64,000 nucleotides of DNA from Zygnema circumcarinatum SAG 698-1b. Lineage: Eukaryota; Plantae; Zygnematophyceae. A program made the translations under genes and the position numbers. Below the pieces are notes generated by a model. The model saw only the letters and a list, made by a program, of their open reading frames with translations. It was not told the DNA's origin and made no database searches. Of this stretch, positions 11,501-25,016 are shown in pieces. The stretch lies in NCBI GenBank assembly GCA_037447605.1, contig CM074805.1, positions 1,831,361 through 1,895,360 of the forward strand. The letters run 5' to 3'. The number at the start of each line of letters is the position of its first letter. Position 1 is the stretch's first letter.

Positions 11501-14500
11501 TTCCATTTATTCACTTTCAGTTCAAACACTCGCGGATTCATCCTCTTAGTATATTAAGACCTGTTTGGGATGATGGATCTACATTTGCCCAAGCTTATGC
11601 AAGGAACTAAAGGCTTTCTATACTGAGTTTGTGACACTGAGTGTGATGGAATTGTCCAAAAGCTTGTTTTCTCGTTGCTTATTCCAATTTGCTCATTGGA
11701 ATCGCTTTCAAGTCCTTCAATTCTAGAGAAAGTTTTGCCACCATTTCGGAAAGTGGAATTTGTAGTTCCTATCAGATGTGAATATTTCCTGACATGTCAG
11801 TTGTCATATACTTGCTGGCCCTGTTACAGGTCCTTGTTCGAGGTGAACGTTGATGAATTGGAAGATAAGCCATGGCGTCGACCACAAGCAGATGTCTCTG
11901 ATTACTTTAATTTCGACCTCAATGAGAGCTCCTGGCAGGAGTATTGTCGTCAACTGGTAAGCATCAAATAGCCTGCCCACCTTTTGCTAAACCAATGTGT
12001 GTAGTCTGGTGTTTCAGTTTTCGACATGAAACATGAGATATATACAGCCACGTCTGGTGTAGGGAAGGTTGAATGTTTAGCATTTTCTGTTTCTGAAATT
12101 TGAGGAACTTCGCACTATCCTGGTTCCCAAGTCGTGCATTTTTCCCAAAGCCTGCGATGAGAACTCCAATGCACCTCATTTTGGAAGAGCGAAGGCAAGT
12201 TTTGTCTTTAAATGTCGCAAAGAATGATGCCAATTGAACAGGAAAGACCTCTACTTGCGATGCCAGAAAGTCTCTCGACTGTGTCTTTGGATACTCGTTA
12301 GAGAGGCAACATTAATGTGATCACCCTTCTGAAGGTGGTTTTGAAGTCTGATTCCCATCATAGTAGCGCTACTTGACGGTATCATGTCGTTTCTGAAGTT
12401 CGCGAGAGATATGGTCAAGTTTCAATTAGAATCTGTGTCTGTATTCACCAAATTGTCGGAATGGACTTGGCGGGGTCTCTGCAGGCACAGCTCAAGGAAG
12501 AAGCTACTGGGAGCAAGATACGGGTGTATGAGAGCAACAGAGGCGAGCAGGTATCTTTTTTTACTTGTAGGAATATACAACGGCACTTGTTTGTCTGTCT
12601 TTTCTTTTTGCATCAGTAGCAAGAAGTATTGAAGAGCAGTGTGACAACAGCTGCGGCAATGCTCTCGGCTTATCGTTGGAGGTGCTGACCCTATTTCACG
12701 GAGCACTGTTTACCGCTCATATTAGGGAATGCACACTGTACTTCAAAGCAAATTTGCAAAAGAAGGTTGTGAGATTCTGCCTCCAACCCAGTTGCTATTT
12801 ATCCAGCTTAGTTATCTAAAGCGTAATTCGGGAGCTGTTCCGAACAGGAGTATGATCCCGAGCTTCCCCCGGAGTTGGCTGCTGCTGCCGGCATTCCTGA
12901 ACGTGGGGGGCCTTCGACCGATGGCGGGGGGAAAGGTCGAGGGGGGCAGGTGACTTTCCGCTTCTTGACCATCGTTGGTCAAGGTCTCATTGCAGACCTT
13001 TGTTCAACACATGGAATTTTTTTTCTTTTTTGGCAACCTTGAATGATATTGTCCCTGGTTTACAGTGTGCAACATGTCATGAGGGAACTATCTAGCACAT
13101 AAATCTGTCAGTCAGACTCATGTGAAGGTCGAACGTGCTTCTTGTTTTGAAGTACCCTGAATACATACAGACGCTGCAAAACCCTGATTAACGCTCATGT
13201 TCAAGTCTATTTACTTCTCTTTTTAAACTACATCTTCCTATTCGGAGATTGTTCTTGAGAGGGGATGCGGAAAGGCAATGGTATGCAAGGAGATGCAGGG
13301 GAAGACATGATGATAGCCTTAAGGAATCACGTCACTTATTGACTGATTGATTGAAAGTCTAGATGCAGTGTTGCTTGTTTTTGTCTAGTTTTCATGTCCG
13401 TCAGACTAATTGAAGAGCATTTGTGGCTTCAATGTTTGTGGTAAACTTTTTTGTCAAGTTAGAACTAGTTATGGCAAGTGAACTGAGCACATGTCATGCG
13501 AGTTGTTTACCCTAAAAACACTGATGGTACAGTAGATCGTTGACCTCCTTTGACTCGTTGTCATGGCTACAGGTTCAACTGCTCGGACGTGCCATTCAAG
13601 TTGAGGGTGGAGGAGGAGAGCGTCGGCCTTCAAGTGATATGCGCAGACAGAGACCTTTGGATCCTGATGTCATCATCGAGGTAATTTAGTGTCTGACTGA
13701 AAGTGTATAAGGTGTTGCCTGGCTAGGAATGTTCCAAATGAATAGATGCTGTCCTAAGTAGCACCGGGCATCAAATAATTCTCGGCGCTAACCGTTAGAT
13801 AGGCGAGTGTGACCTGTTCCCATATCTAACTAGCTGTAGAGCACCATGCCATTTCTGGATAGGTTCACTTTTGCTCATCCATGACAATGGCCACGTTTAA
13901 AGGGGACTCCCATTCTCTTTTTTTTTTTTTTTTTTAATGCCGAGCACCATACTTCACCTTGTGGGAAGGACCAATCTGCGTGCTGAAAGAAAGAATCTCG
14001 TTCGGTGTTTACTGCCAAGGAATTGACAAAGCATTTTTGGATGCAGATCAAGCTGCTAAATCTCGACGATTTTGGGAACCCCCTACCAGAACCAGCAGCT
14101 CCTTCTCCGGATAACAAAAAGACACCGAAACTAAACCAAAAGTCCGAGGGTACTCAAGGAGATTCCGGAGTTATGTTAGAAGGAACAGCAGCAGACACGC
14201 GAATGAAAGACGACCTTCACATGAAGGAGGAGACCTTGCAACAGTCACATGGGGTCCGATCTCGCCAGTCCACCCCGCAACGGAGCGGTATGAGTCGACC
14301 GCCATGGCCTGTTGGCGAAGAGGGTGGACCTCTCCCTAACGGCATGTGGGAGAGAATGCCGCTTTTGCCGGGTCCGGGAATGCGGAGAGGAGGAGGACCC
14401 ATCCGAGGTGGCCTTCCTATGGGGCCGGGGCATGCCATGGGTCCAATGGCTGGAATTGGGCCTATGGGGCTTCAAGGGCCAATTGGACCAGGCCATATAT

Positions 14501-17500
14501 TGCCACTAATGGGACCTGGGTATCCACCGGGCGCGAATTTGCCACATAGGTGTGTGATTCGAGCTGATTGGAATGATCATCAACTGGGAATGCGCCGCAC
14601 AGGGTATTGTTGATGACGAGATTCGTATTTGGAAGGAAGAGGGTAGTTGTAGTGGAAAGGATGAGATGAAGGTGCTGGAGGCCCGTTGCGGGGGGTCATC
14701 AGCATTGTGACAGATATAGGTCTTGAAGAGGTGGAGTTATGGTCGATCTGGTAGTTGAGAGATGCAAGGTTTGTCCGGCTACACTTAAGCTCTGAGGGTT
14801 GATTGGGACACATTGTCTGTGCAGGTTACTGCCCAATGCTGCTGCTTTTGGGGGCCTGCCTCCTGGGACTGGTTTGAGGCCATCAATGATGCCTCCTATG
14901 GGCCCGGAAGATCATTCTATGTCATTTGGAGCCCACCACGAATTCCAAGGTGGTACAAGGTGAGGACTTATCATTATTACTTACTCGTGTCCTTTCCCTT
15001 TCTATGCTTTCGTCTTTTGACATTTTGTAAATACTTAGCACAGTCAAGAAGACTGAAATTTACAAGGAGACGTTACCGAACCAGTTGATCTTGACTTTAT
15101 GTAGAGATAATGATTGTTCTACTGGGTATCTTTGTAAGCTTTGACGAAGTCGTATAGTTAGCTGCGCGAAAGCGAGCATTCTTCGCCTGCTGTGTTGCAG
15201 CAGTTCTTGTACATTGGTGAAAGATTTCAATGTTTGACGGTAACCAAAAATGTTTGACGTGTTGATGACAATTTTGATCGACTTATAGCACTGGGTATTC
15301 CTTGTTGTGTGGCAAACAGAGCCGTTGAACGGATGAGTCCTCCATCACCCCCTGCGACAGCTTTTCACAGGAAACCACTTCCTGATTTACATGGCCCAAA
15401 ACGAGGAAGCAACATGGATGATGAGACGAGGGCGAAAGAGCATCTGGTCTCTTCAAGAAACAGGGAGGAGGAATCTGAGGAAGAGAGCGAAGATGAGGAT
15501 GAGGATGAAGATGATGAAGGTGAGGATGAGCAAGAGGAGAACGAAGAGGATGAGGAGGAGGCGGAAATGGAGAATCAGAAGGAAAGGGCGAGACGAGAGG
15601 CTGCAATGCATCGGCGAAATGTTCCCAAGGAACGGAGTGCAGATAGGTCCCGCCCAAAAGCTAAAGAATGGTCACCGCCGCAGAGTCTGTCAGACGAAAA
15701 CCGGTTCAGAAAAAGAGAAAGCGGTGATTGGGGACAGGGAGAGGAGAGTGCAGCTATGATTGAGAGCAGGAGTAGGCGGAAAGCAGAGGACCGTGTAGCA
15801 GTATCTCGGCCTGGACAGGATGACCAGTTTGTACGACGGACAACTTCAAGAGATGAGAGCAGCAGGTTACGTCGTACCTCTGAACGCAGCAATAGAGTTG
15901 AAGAGCGGTCCGTTGCTTCACGAGATCGGGAATCTGCTAGGACAGGGAAGGGATGGAATGATGCAGAGTGGAAAGAATCAGGAAGAAGCCCTCACGGGCA
16001 AACTGCTGCTGTGAATGCTGTCTATAGTGGGAGGAGTGGTGTGAGGGGTGAGAGGGGACCAACTAGTGAGGGAGATCGAAGGCAAGACAGGGGCAGTTGG
16101 GAGGAGCCCCCCATGCGTAATGAACCCAGGAAGGGAGCAGAACGTGCGATGCGACGAGAAGATGGGTTGAGAGAGAGAAAGAGGCCGAATGAGAGAGCTG
16201 AAGAGGCCATCATTCGTATGGAACGTGGCCCGAGGTACAGCAGTGATCCTCGTTCGGTTGCTGACCGAGTGCATGGCGAGGAAGGTAAAGGTGGACGTGG
16301 CGAATCTTTGAAGGAATCATCACGGAGAAGAGCATTGGAAGACGAGCGTTCAAGAGAATCGCGGCGGTCGGATAATGTCTCAAGACCGGTGGAAGTCTTG
16401 GAGCGTGGTCGGAGAGTAGAGAAGGACAAAAGGAGAGATGCAGTCAATGACCGACCAGGAACCCGATCTATTGAACCCCCGGATGACCGAAATGCTGAAC
16501 GTTTACATAATCGTGATCGTGATCGTGAACGTGAACGTGAACGCGAGCGGGAGAGAACATCAGACCGAGAGCGCAACAGTGTCCGTGATAGCCGGGGAAT
16601 TGAATGGGAACAAACGCGGCCCAAGAAAAGGCGAACAGAGGACTGGGCAAGAGAAGCAGAACCTTCCCGTGTCCATCGTCATGAAGATCATGCAGCTGAA
16701 CGGGGGGTCGATTCGCGAGGACCGATTGCCAGTAGTGGTGATTGGCAACGCAGGGGAAAGCGTGGGCAGGAGGGAGGGGAAGAGCATGAGAGGACCGCTG
16801 GCGAGAACATTGTGGATTCTGGACAGCGTCATGGAAATGGAGTTGCTGTTAATAAACGACGAGTTGTCACAGAGGACGAGGGCACGGCTGAGCCTAGTGA
16901 AAAAGTGGGTGGAACCATATGCATTGCTCTATTTCTTTTTGCAGATAATCGCGTGCGTGCACATATCGGTCCTGAATTCGTTGACATTTGTTTAGGGACT
17001 CGTTTCTTGGGTTTTTTCTTTGTTTGTTTGTTTTTTTTTGTTTGTGAAGAAGCCATTACGGGGGATGGTTTAAGAATTACCAAGCCATGCTCATTAGGTT
17101 TCCGCTTGTGGAGATGACAACAGCATAGTTTTGCAGGATCTGCATGCTCAGATAGTTCCTTTCTATGGTAAGGCTCATGACTGGTGGGTGGCTTTAAATG
17201 CAGACGAAAAGAAGACGCTCCGATGATCATGTCGAGGTTGACGCATCTAGTCATCCGGCTGATCGTAAAGATCATGAAGCAACTGCTAATGGGCGACGCA
17301 AACGGGATCGAATTCCAGGAGCCATGGAGACAGGAGTTGGTAGTCGGGAGGACGTTGGCATGCAGACAGGGCGAGTGGGAAGGTCACGATTCGAGCGTTG
17401 GAACAGTGTAAAGAGTGTTGAAGAAGATAGAGATGTTGACGATAACAATGCATCTGCAGGTTTAGGAGGAAAGGTCAGAGATGAGATGAGTCAGAGAGGC

Positions 17501-18049
17501 AGAGATGTGCCCGACAAACAAGTAGATCGTGAAGCTAGTAGTCGCCATCTTCAAGGGGGTTCTGAGCGGCCCCTTACAGAACATGTCAGGGAGATGGGGT
17601 CAAGGCATCATAACAGACATAAGGCTGCAGAAAATGTTCAAGCTAAGGACCCTTCAACTTTGAAGGAGGCTCTGGACATTTCTGATAATCAGCCGGTGAA
17701 AACCGAGAAGGTGCAGAGGCGGGAGGCAGGTGAGGGAAGAAACTTTGAAGGAGGGAAAAAGGAAGGAGGGGGAAGCCGGCCGAGTGTTAGCAGTGCGAAA
17801 GATATGAAGACTGGAGTGGGACGAGTGAAAGATGAAGGTGGCCACCCGCAAGATACTCATCCTCGTCAATCGGCACAAGGGAACAAAGAAAAGGCCCCAG
17901 AGGGCTTAGAAATTGAAGAAGTGCGCAAGCGCAGACGAGAACGCTTTGGACCCATAGGGGAAGACTTAGTCGCAAAAGCAAGTTCTGCTAAGGTGCATGA
18001 TGAGGAGGCCAAGGCAGACAGGCCGGCTCGTAAGCGGCGATGGGCCTGA
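8548..18049 (+). CDS. FIP1: Pre-mRNA polyadenylation factor FIP1 (FIP1[V]/FIPS5-like), about 10 exons
   Basis: Acidic start MEEDDDFGALY; SEDDLQIVLNE and DSEDDDDLVIVAD motifs; Fip1 domain SLFEVNVDELEDKPWRRPQADVSDYFNFDLNESSWQEYCRQL (11830-11956); GRAIQVEGGGGERRPS exon (13573-13680); RE/RD-rich tail ending RPARKRRWA*. Confidence 0.93.
8815..9087 (+). repeat. Coding minisatellite, ~13 x 21 bp (AAAPATA heptapeptide) in FIP1 exon 1
   Basis: Repeated GCAGCAGCTCCAGCAACAGCA units, in frame. Confidence 0.9.
16512..16553 (+). repeat. (CGTGAT/CGTGAA)n encoding the RD/RE dipeptide tract of FIP1
   Basis: RDRDRERERERERE in the 15309-17117 ORF. Confidence 0.8.
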
Positions 18050-18878
18050 GGGGACAGCCGGACCTTCGCTACTGGAGGGAATGCGGACCTCCTTTCAGCT
18101 AAAGAGTTGGAGATGCGAAGAGTTCGTTCAATGAGATAGGCATGCTCCTTGGAGAGTATGAGAGGCTGGGGTCATATTGTGTACAGTTGAAAGGAGGGGT
18201 GGTGGGGAAGGGGATGCACTAGTTCACTTTCTTAATGGTCAAATTCTTTCCCCAGCTCCGCGGAGTCTACACTCTCTCCTGCAAGTTAGATGTCGACCTT
18301 TTGAGCCCCATGTTTAAGTCTTTTAGAAAGCAACCCACAATGCCTTAGATTGATTTTGCTGATCAGGAGAAAACTTGTTTTCACTGCCTGGTGTTATTGG
18401 CGTAAGGCAAGTGTCTCTTCTCCCAAATTTTGCCAGCTGGACTCTCGGGCCCATGCCTCATGTCCACAGTTTGAAGGCCTGCTCTAAGCCTCGCGATCCT
18501 TCAAAGTGTCCAAACATTCTTTATTTGTTCCTTGCGAGTAAGAATCACAAGATTCCCAAATCCCTACTGCAAACGTGTGTGCAGTGAACTACTTGTGCCG
18601 AATTGTCTATTTAACATGTGTTCTGTTCTAGCCTTCAATTGGGCTTCCAATGCCTGCAACTTACTCCAGCTACTTCCATCTCCTTCTCTTCTATGGCTGG
18701 CCATGACACGTCCCCCAAAAGCTATCATGCTCGTGCCCATCCATGCAAAGTCCCCATCGCCCATGTTGGAATTCGCCCCTCCCAATTCGTCCCCCAGTTC
18801 CATGTTTAAATTTGCGGTCCAGTTAAGCACTGCATTTGAAACTGTGGACGGGTTCCATGCTGCGTCTTCCAGCTGCTC

Positions 18879-18887
18879 GTTAGGGTT
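18879..18887 (+). promoter_or_regulatory. Telo-box-like GTTAGGGTT upstream of RIN2
   Basis: Telomere-like motif in the GC-rich, GA-rich region preceding the gene. Confidence 0.4.
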
Positions 18888-19249
18888 CGAGATAGCCCGC
18901 TCGGCAGGCGGAGAGGAGAGGAGCAGCAAGGAGGCATTTTTGGCCATGGCGTCGACACAGCGCATCTGTCTGCCGCTCGGCGGCCATCGTCGCATGTCCT
19001 GCATATCTCAAGCACATGCCGGCCGCTTTTGAAGAGCATGCGGTGCTCATTGCCGCTTTTTTATGTACGTCAAATGGGTAGAGTGTGGAGTACATTTGTT
19101 CATGTAACGTTGCTCCTGGAGCAGCTGAAAAGAAGGATGGTAAAGGGAGCAGGGAGGCACCATGTGCTAATTCATTTCTTTCGGGTGCAAATGTTGGAGA
19201 GGCCCTTAGAGCGTGCTGGCTGATGCTGAATTCTGTGGCAAACGGCAGG

Positions 19250-22200
19250 ATGCGGGAGGTATGGCACGTCGTTGCAGCATATACGGGACTCAGCGTTGCA
19301 GCTGTAGCATGGAGAATCCATGGCCCCGTTCGAGCTGTCGAGGTTTCTCAAGAATTTGGAGAAGGTTCAAGTTCCAGTCTGACAGTGTTCATCCTCGTGA
19401 ACTTTGTGGTCAACATTATTCTTTTGCTTTACTTATCTGGCAAGGTGAGGCTTATGACACGCTGAATCTTTTGCCGAAAGGGCTATTAGCCTTGTTCAAT
19501 GTTGTTATTTGCTACGGCGACGCTCACAATCTACGGCTACTCACAACCTCACGGCAATCTCACGGCCACTCACAACCGTTCGCTTAAGCTCTCGTTTACA
19601 TTGCATGCAAAGGCAATTGGAGTGTTTATCAAAAAAGTGAAAGCCGGCCCAACCTGTGCTATACTTCAGCATTAGTCTTTGGGCGCCCTAATGCTCGGAG
19701 AATTATTCTCACTGAAGATGTGTACGTCATGTATGCATCTTGCAGGCGATCTTTTTTGGGCCACTCTCTCTTCAAGAAGCTCAAAAGATGGCAGAGCGCC
19801 TCATCAATTATGCTCTTTTCAAGGTGAGGACCATTGTTTTTGTCCTCAAAATTTGTAAGGCCTGGAGCAAACCAGGTCTCATTCATGTTCAAGCTTTTTT
19901 TATGAGCTGCTTGCTCATCCTTGAGACAATCTTGATTTTGTTGCACACATTAATAATTAGTCTCGGCTTACTTTGCTTGGCTTACTCTGTAATTGCTCAT
20001 TCATATGTATGCCAGGCTGTTTAGTTTCCTCACTGTTCCATCTGTCCAGTTGTTTTATAGCATTCTGGCTATATTGTGCTGTAGTTTTGGGACCCTTGTG
20101 GTCTATAGTTGACAAGCTAAAGAAACCTACGCAGGAATTTCTTGATGTATGGTTTGGGCGGTCTCAGCAAATGACTGGTCTTAGCTGACTTATGGTTCAT
20201 ATTTGTCTAACTTATGTCACTCCCGTTGTTGATTCCTGGTCTTTATACAGGTCTTGTTCCTTATGGCAGTTCCAAACTCTGAAGAACTTGGAGCTCTATG
20301 GCTGCTATTATGGTTTGCCCTTCTTGGGTTTTTGAAGGTCGGCTATGCTCTCATTCATTTTCGAAGCTTGCTATTTTGGAAAAAATACTGGCATGCTTTC
20401 CACGTCGTCCTTTAGAGTTAAGAGGGCCTGCATAGCTAGCGCATATAAAGTGGTCTCGACTTGGAGGCGTTCTAGACAGTTTTCAGTAAGTGATTCATTC
20501 TGACTGCTGATCGAAATGCATGTACCCTTGCAAATGGAATTTACAGATCTTTTCTGGTCTTGCACGTGATCGTTTTGAGAGATTATGTGCATCTCCAGCT
20601 GCTTCCCTTTGGTCCCATGCTCGGACTCTATCGGCTTTGCTGCTCATTCTTACCGGTGACCTCTTGGGGTGAGTATTTCTTGAGGTGGTTGACTTTTGTC
20701 CTTAAACTCACCTTTATGAGGAAAGCTCGAATATGCTTATAACTTCGTACTTGAAAGAACTATTCAGACAGGTTGGCTGCTCGTCTGATATTTATGTACT
20801 TGTGGAAAATCATTAAGCTATATCACTGCATGTTCCTCAGCAATCCTTTTTGCAGTTAGGAGTGGCTTCTCAACCTTTTTGCTTCGTTAGTTAGGTTCTT
20901 TTCAGTAGAAGGATGTCAATACTGTATTGGCACTTTTGCATTGGTTGCTGAACGTAAAATTCGATTTTTAGACATGAGATTGATAGGCCTTCTCTTGAAG
21001 GGCCGACTGTCGTTCTCTAGTTTCTCGGTTGAAGCACACGATTGAGCCAACCATTATCACCCAGAAGGAAGTTACATGAAGCCATATCCTGTGAACCCTG
21101 TTAGCTTGCCATGTCCTGGCAAGTTTAGGACGTCTGGCTTAGGAACCCATGTTAGAGCAATACCTGATCGTTTGGTTCGGTATTGATTGATTTGGCAAAA
21201 AAAGTAGGGGCGTGGATTGTCTCTGACTTGCTGTTTGACTTGCAGCATGCATTTATGCTTCAAGTGGCTAAAGGACGCACGCTTGAACAGTCTTTTGCTT
21301 CTTAATTTTGAAGCTGTGATTATTGCACTCGACACGTCACAGGTGAGCAGCTGCTTTGGCTTGTTGGTTGGCATTGAGGACAAGAATTGACTCACTTATT
21401 GTTTTCGAGCAATCAGTTTAGGAGTTCGATTGTTTGCGAACTGACACGAAGAAGCAGTACCCTTTCTTGTGCACTTGACATAGTACTATTCTGAAACGAC
21501 TTATATTCCTCATTCTGTTAGTTACTCATTCCGTTTTGATGTCATAGAAGAGATTTACGTGATTGGGAGACTGTCAAACTGAACGTTTATTTTTTACAAA
21601 CCTGTTGACATGCTGTGTGGTATTGCTACCATGATGATGTTCTTTGGTTTTGATCTTTTCCGACTCATGCCCCTTGCAGACTGTGTTTCAATACGTGCTC
21701 CATCTTGCTGAAATACTTATGGAGTTCCCGTCAAGTGGGTTTAGTCCTTACATACGATTTCCTTGTAAGTGGATAACGTCCCTTTGTTACCATGGTCTAA
21801 AGAAAACTGGATTTCAAGGAGCGTCTAACCTGCACCTTCTGTTTTCAAAAGTATCTCATGCACAGGACCCCTGGGATGAGCAGATGCAGGATTGGCAGCT
21901 GAAATCTAGAGCCATGTTTGTTCATATAATTCTTTTTCCAGTCCCTCTTTGAGGAGACGAGGGACAGGATGTACAGAGATTGTATGGCATTAGCCTTTTG
22001 TGTTGTGTTGGTAGGCGAGTTGGATCAATGGTCATGTGTGCACCAGAAAGACAAGAACTCAGACTGCCGACTTTGGTGGGGTATGCCAGGGATGAACTCA
22101 GCTTCTTGGACGGAGTTTCGTGGAGAGCTACTTTTCTACCTGAATTTTGGCTGTGATTTAGTAAACCTGATCCTGACTATTGCCCATTACGCTCATATTT

Positions 22201-24021
22201 GGTGGCTTCATGGCCTTTCCTTTCATTTCATCGATGGGATTCTCTTCCTCAATTTGCGGGTAAGCTACCAGATACTACATTATTATCATCCATGCATTTT
22301 AGTGTATGTCACTGCACAGTGTGCACACACACTGCACACTGTCACACACACACACACACTGCACACTGCACACACACACACTGCACTGCACACTGTCACT
22401 GTCACTGCACATAATTTTTTATGGTGGGTGTTCCTAAGCCGCAGTTCCTCTATCATGCTATTTATGAGCTGTTGGCCAGAGTTTTTCGTCTCTTACATAG
22501 CCTATTCAGAACGTGGTTGCAGTGCTGTCATATGCAGGCTTCCATTCAACTGACAAACGTGTGTCACTCGTTGTCCACTTTAGCAAATGAGTTATGACAG
22601 GATGGTCCTTCCGCCTATTGAGATGGTTAGGTGTTTCATTACTCTTTTCTGTTGCCAGGCTTTGGGAGGGGCAGGCGTGCGACGAGTCCGGCAAATGCTC
22701 AAGTATCGACATGCTATGCATAATCTGCGTACTTCGTTCACGGATGCTACATGCGAAGAGCTTCAAGAGTTCAATGATGACTGTGCTATTTGCAAGGTGC
22801 ATAGTTAATTATGTTGAGACAACTTGCCTGAGCTTGGGGGGGGGTAATTTCGTCTAGTCAGAATATGGGCTCGGCAACTGTTGTAGTTGGAGTTGTTCTG
22901 TCATGTTTTTCCAGTATTGCATGTATTCCTTCAGAATGCCTGAGTTTACGATACCATGGAGACTAAGTGCTTGGATTCACTGGGGGACAGGAACCAATGG
23001 CAGTGGCAAAGCGGCTGCCGTGCAAACATCTTTTTCACCTCGGCTGCCTACGTTCTTGGTAAACACATTCTGTTCATTCTCTTTTTTTTGTTTTTTTGGT
23101 ATGGCAGGCAACTAGTTCATTCAGCAGTATTGACGGTGCATACTGCCAAAACATTTTTTCAGTAGTCATGAAAACCTGAGGATTTAGATGAAGGTAGCCT
23201 AGTTTTGTGCAGAATACTGTTCTTTCAAGAAGCAGAAGAGCTGCAAAGGCTCAGCACGTCATGTAATGTGCGGGATTCGGTGGTAACAGGTTTGACCAAG
23301 GTTCAACAGGCACATATTCTTGTCCTACATGCCGATATTCTTTGCTAGGCCCCCTCCAAAAACAGGCCGCTGGAAACCCCTTTGCGGCTGCACAAAACAC
23401 ACCAGCAGACCCTTTAGAGCAGGAGCAGACTGGCCAGCATGCAAACAGAGATAGACGTGAAGCTTCCGAGGAATATGGACCTGATGGAAACGGCCGAAGA
23501 GCCGGCTTAAGCAGTGACTTTGATGGGGGCTCCGGAAGGAGTCAAGGATGGTGGTGGCCCTTCAGACATCGTTCAGAGGCAGATGTTGATGGAGGGACTG
23601 TGAGAGAACGAGTGGTTGCCCGGCCACTGAGTGCAGGGGGGCTCAGATTTAGAGGGCAGCGAGCCTTTTGGAGGAGCCAATCTATGCCTGAAGTGGTGGA
23701 GTCCGGACAGCTGCTGGCAGAGGAAGCACGCTTGGCGACAATGGCTTCGAGGGTGCACGAGGTGTTGCCACATGTCCCACACTACTTGGTGGTGCAAGTG
23801 AGTGAACTGAACTGAACCCCTTTCTATCTACCTCCCCTCCTTGTGCTTTGTTTTTAGATTTTTTATAGTTACAGGTTGTTTTGTTTCTGTAGTTTTTGTT
23901 TGTGTGGGGAGTCAACCGTTCCGTGCTTGACTGTAACGGAGTCTGTTGGGGGCTGCAGGATCTGAGAAGAACGAATTCTGTAGAAGTAACGCTTGAGCAT
24001 CTGCTAGAAGGCGCTTTTTGA
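19250..24021 (+). CDS. RIN2: RIN2/RIN3 (gp78/AMFR-like) membrane E3 ubiquitin ligase with RING-H2 and CUE domains
   Basis: Transmembrane exons (ERLINYALFK, LARDRFERL, HIWWLHGLSFHFIDGILFLNLR); RING CAICKEPMAVAKRLPCKHLFHLGCLRSWFDQG..YSCPTCR; CUE MASRVHEVLPHVPHYLVVQDLRRTNSVEVTLEHLL. Confidence 0.93.
22308..22411. repeat. Compound (CA)n/(CACTG)n microsatellite in a RIN2 intron
   Basis: Directly visible. Confidence 0.85.
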
Positions 24022-24753
24022 CGAGCCTTGTAGAGCGGTTCCGAATGAATGTCGATGTCAGCGAGTAAAGGGTGTGCACAAAGGATGGGTAGTGCTTTTG
24101 TGTTGTACAGCAGCAGCTGGCGTAGGGCGCTACAGTAGGCGTTATTTCCGAGATAGGGCTAGGGAGTTACAGGGGTATGCTGGAGGTGGCTGGACCCCCT
24201 TAAGGCTCACCATGCATGGAAGCCAATCTTGTTCAGCTTGTACATAGAGCGGCCTTCGGGCTCTGGATGGAAAGTACAAGACCTGCGCTCACTCATGCTC
24301 CCTCCACTCCCTCCACTCCCTCCACTCCCTCCCTCTCTTTGCCTGCCATGGCAATTACGTAACCTCACCTCCTCTGAAACATTGTACCTCTCCAACCTTC
24401 TCCTTCCATTCGTGTCTGGCTGTTGTAGTCCCTATATGGCTCGAACAAACCATCCAGGTGGATACCATCCAAGCCGAGGTACCTTGAAAATGGTTAACAA
24501 AAGGCAATGGTGGAAGGGTGGCGGCCCTTATACCAGACCAAGCACAAAGTGCAGAAATCCGGCAAGCAATGGAACGTGGGGGGCATAAAAAAAGCAAAGG
24601 GCAGCAGAGCGCCTCCTGCTACAAGCCATGCATGCGGTCTCTATGCGAAGAAACTGGATAAATTCCGTGAACCGGCTGTCGAACGGAACGGCGACATGGA
24701 GCGGCCGTTGCTCGATGGTCCCCGGGCGGCAGCTTCTAAGCGCCTCGCGGGCC

Positions 24754-24999
24754 GACACGTGGCGGTTCCGCGACACATGGCCGGGCATGCCCATGGGGTG
24801 GGCGGGACTCATCGATGGTAGTAAAAATCACTGAACCAATCGCAGCCTACCATGTCAGCAACAGTGTACACGTGTACGGCTATGATTGGTTATCGTTCAA
24901 TATGGGGCACCTTGGAGGGAGGGCTGGCATACCGTGTGCCGTCGTAGTTCCGTGTTGGCGCTGAGCTCTCGAGCAGCTTCTGGCTGCAAATTAGGGTTT
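24754..24999 (+). promoter_or_regulatory. Promoter of the RBM26/27-like gene: G-box/ABRE and telo-box
   Basis: GACACGTGGC at 24754-24763; TTAGGGTTT (reverse complement of the telo-box AAACCCTAA) at 24991-24999. Confidence 0.5.
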
Positions 25000-25016
25000 G
25001 CAGGCGTCAGCAGGCG

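Noticed and set aside
12551-12848. U12-type intron in FIP1 (GTATCTTT donor)
   Set aside because: No TCCTTAAC-like branch site near the acceptor; treated as an ordinary U2 intron.
15575-16624. Long antisense Ser/Arg-rich ORFs
   Set aside because: Shadow frames of the RE/RD-rich FIP1 exon.
18700-19100. Telomerase RNA gene (AACCCTAAC template-like 9-mer on the minus strand at 18879-18887)
   Set aside because: No convincing USE/TATA promoter, G-rich 5'/C-rich 3' closing stem or Pol III terminator. Better explained as a telo-box.
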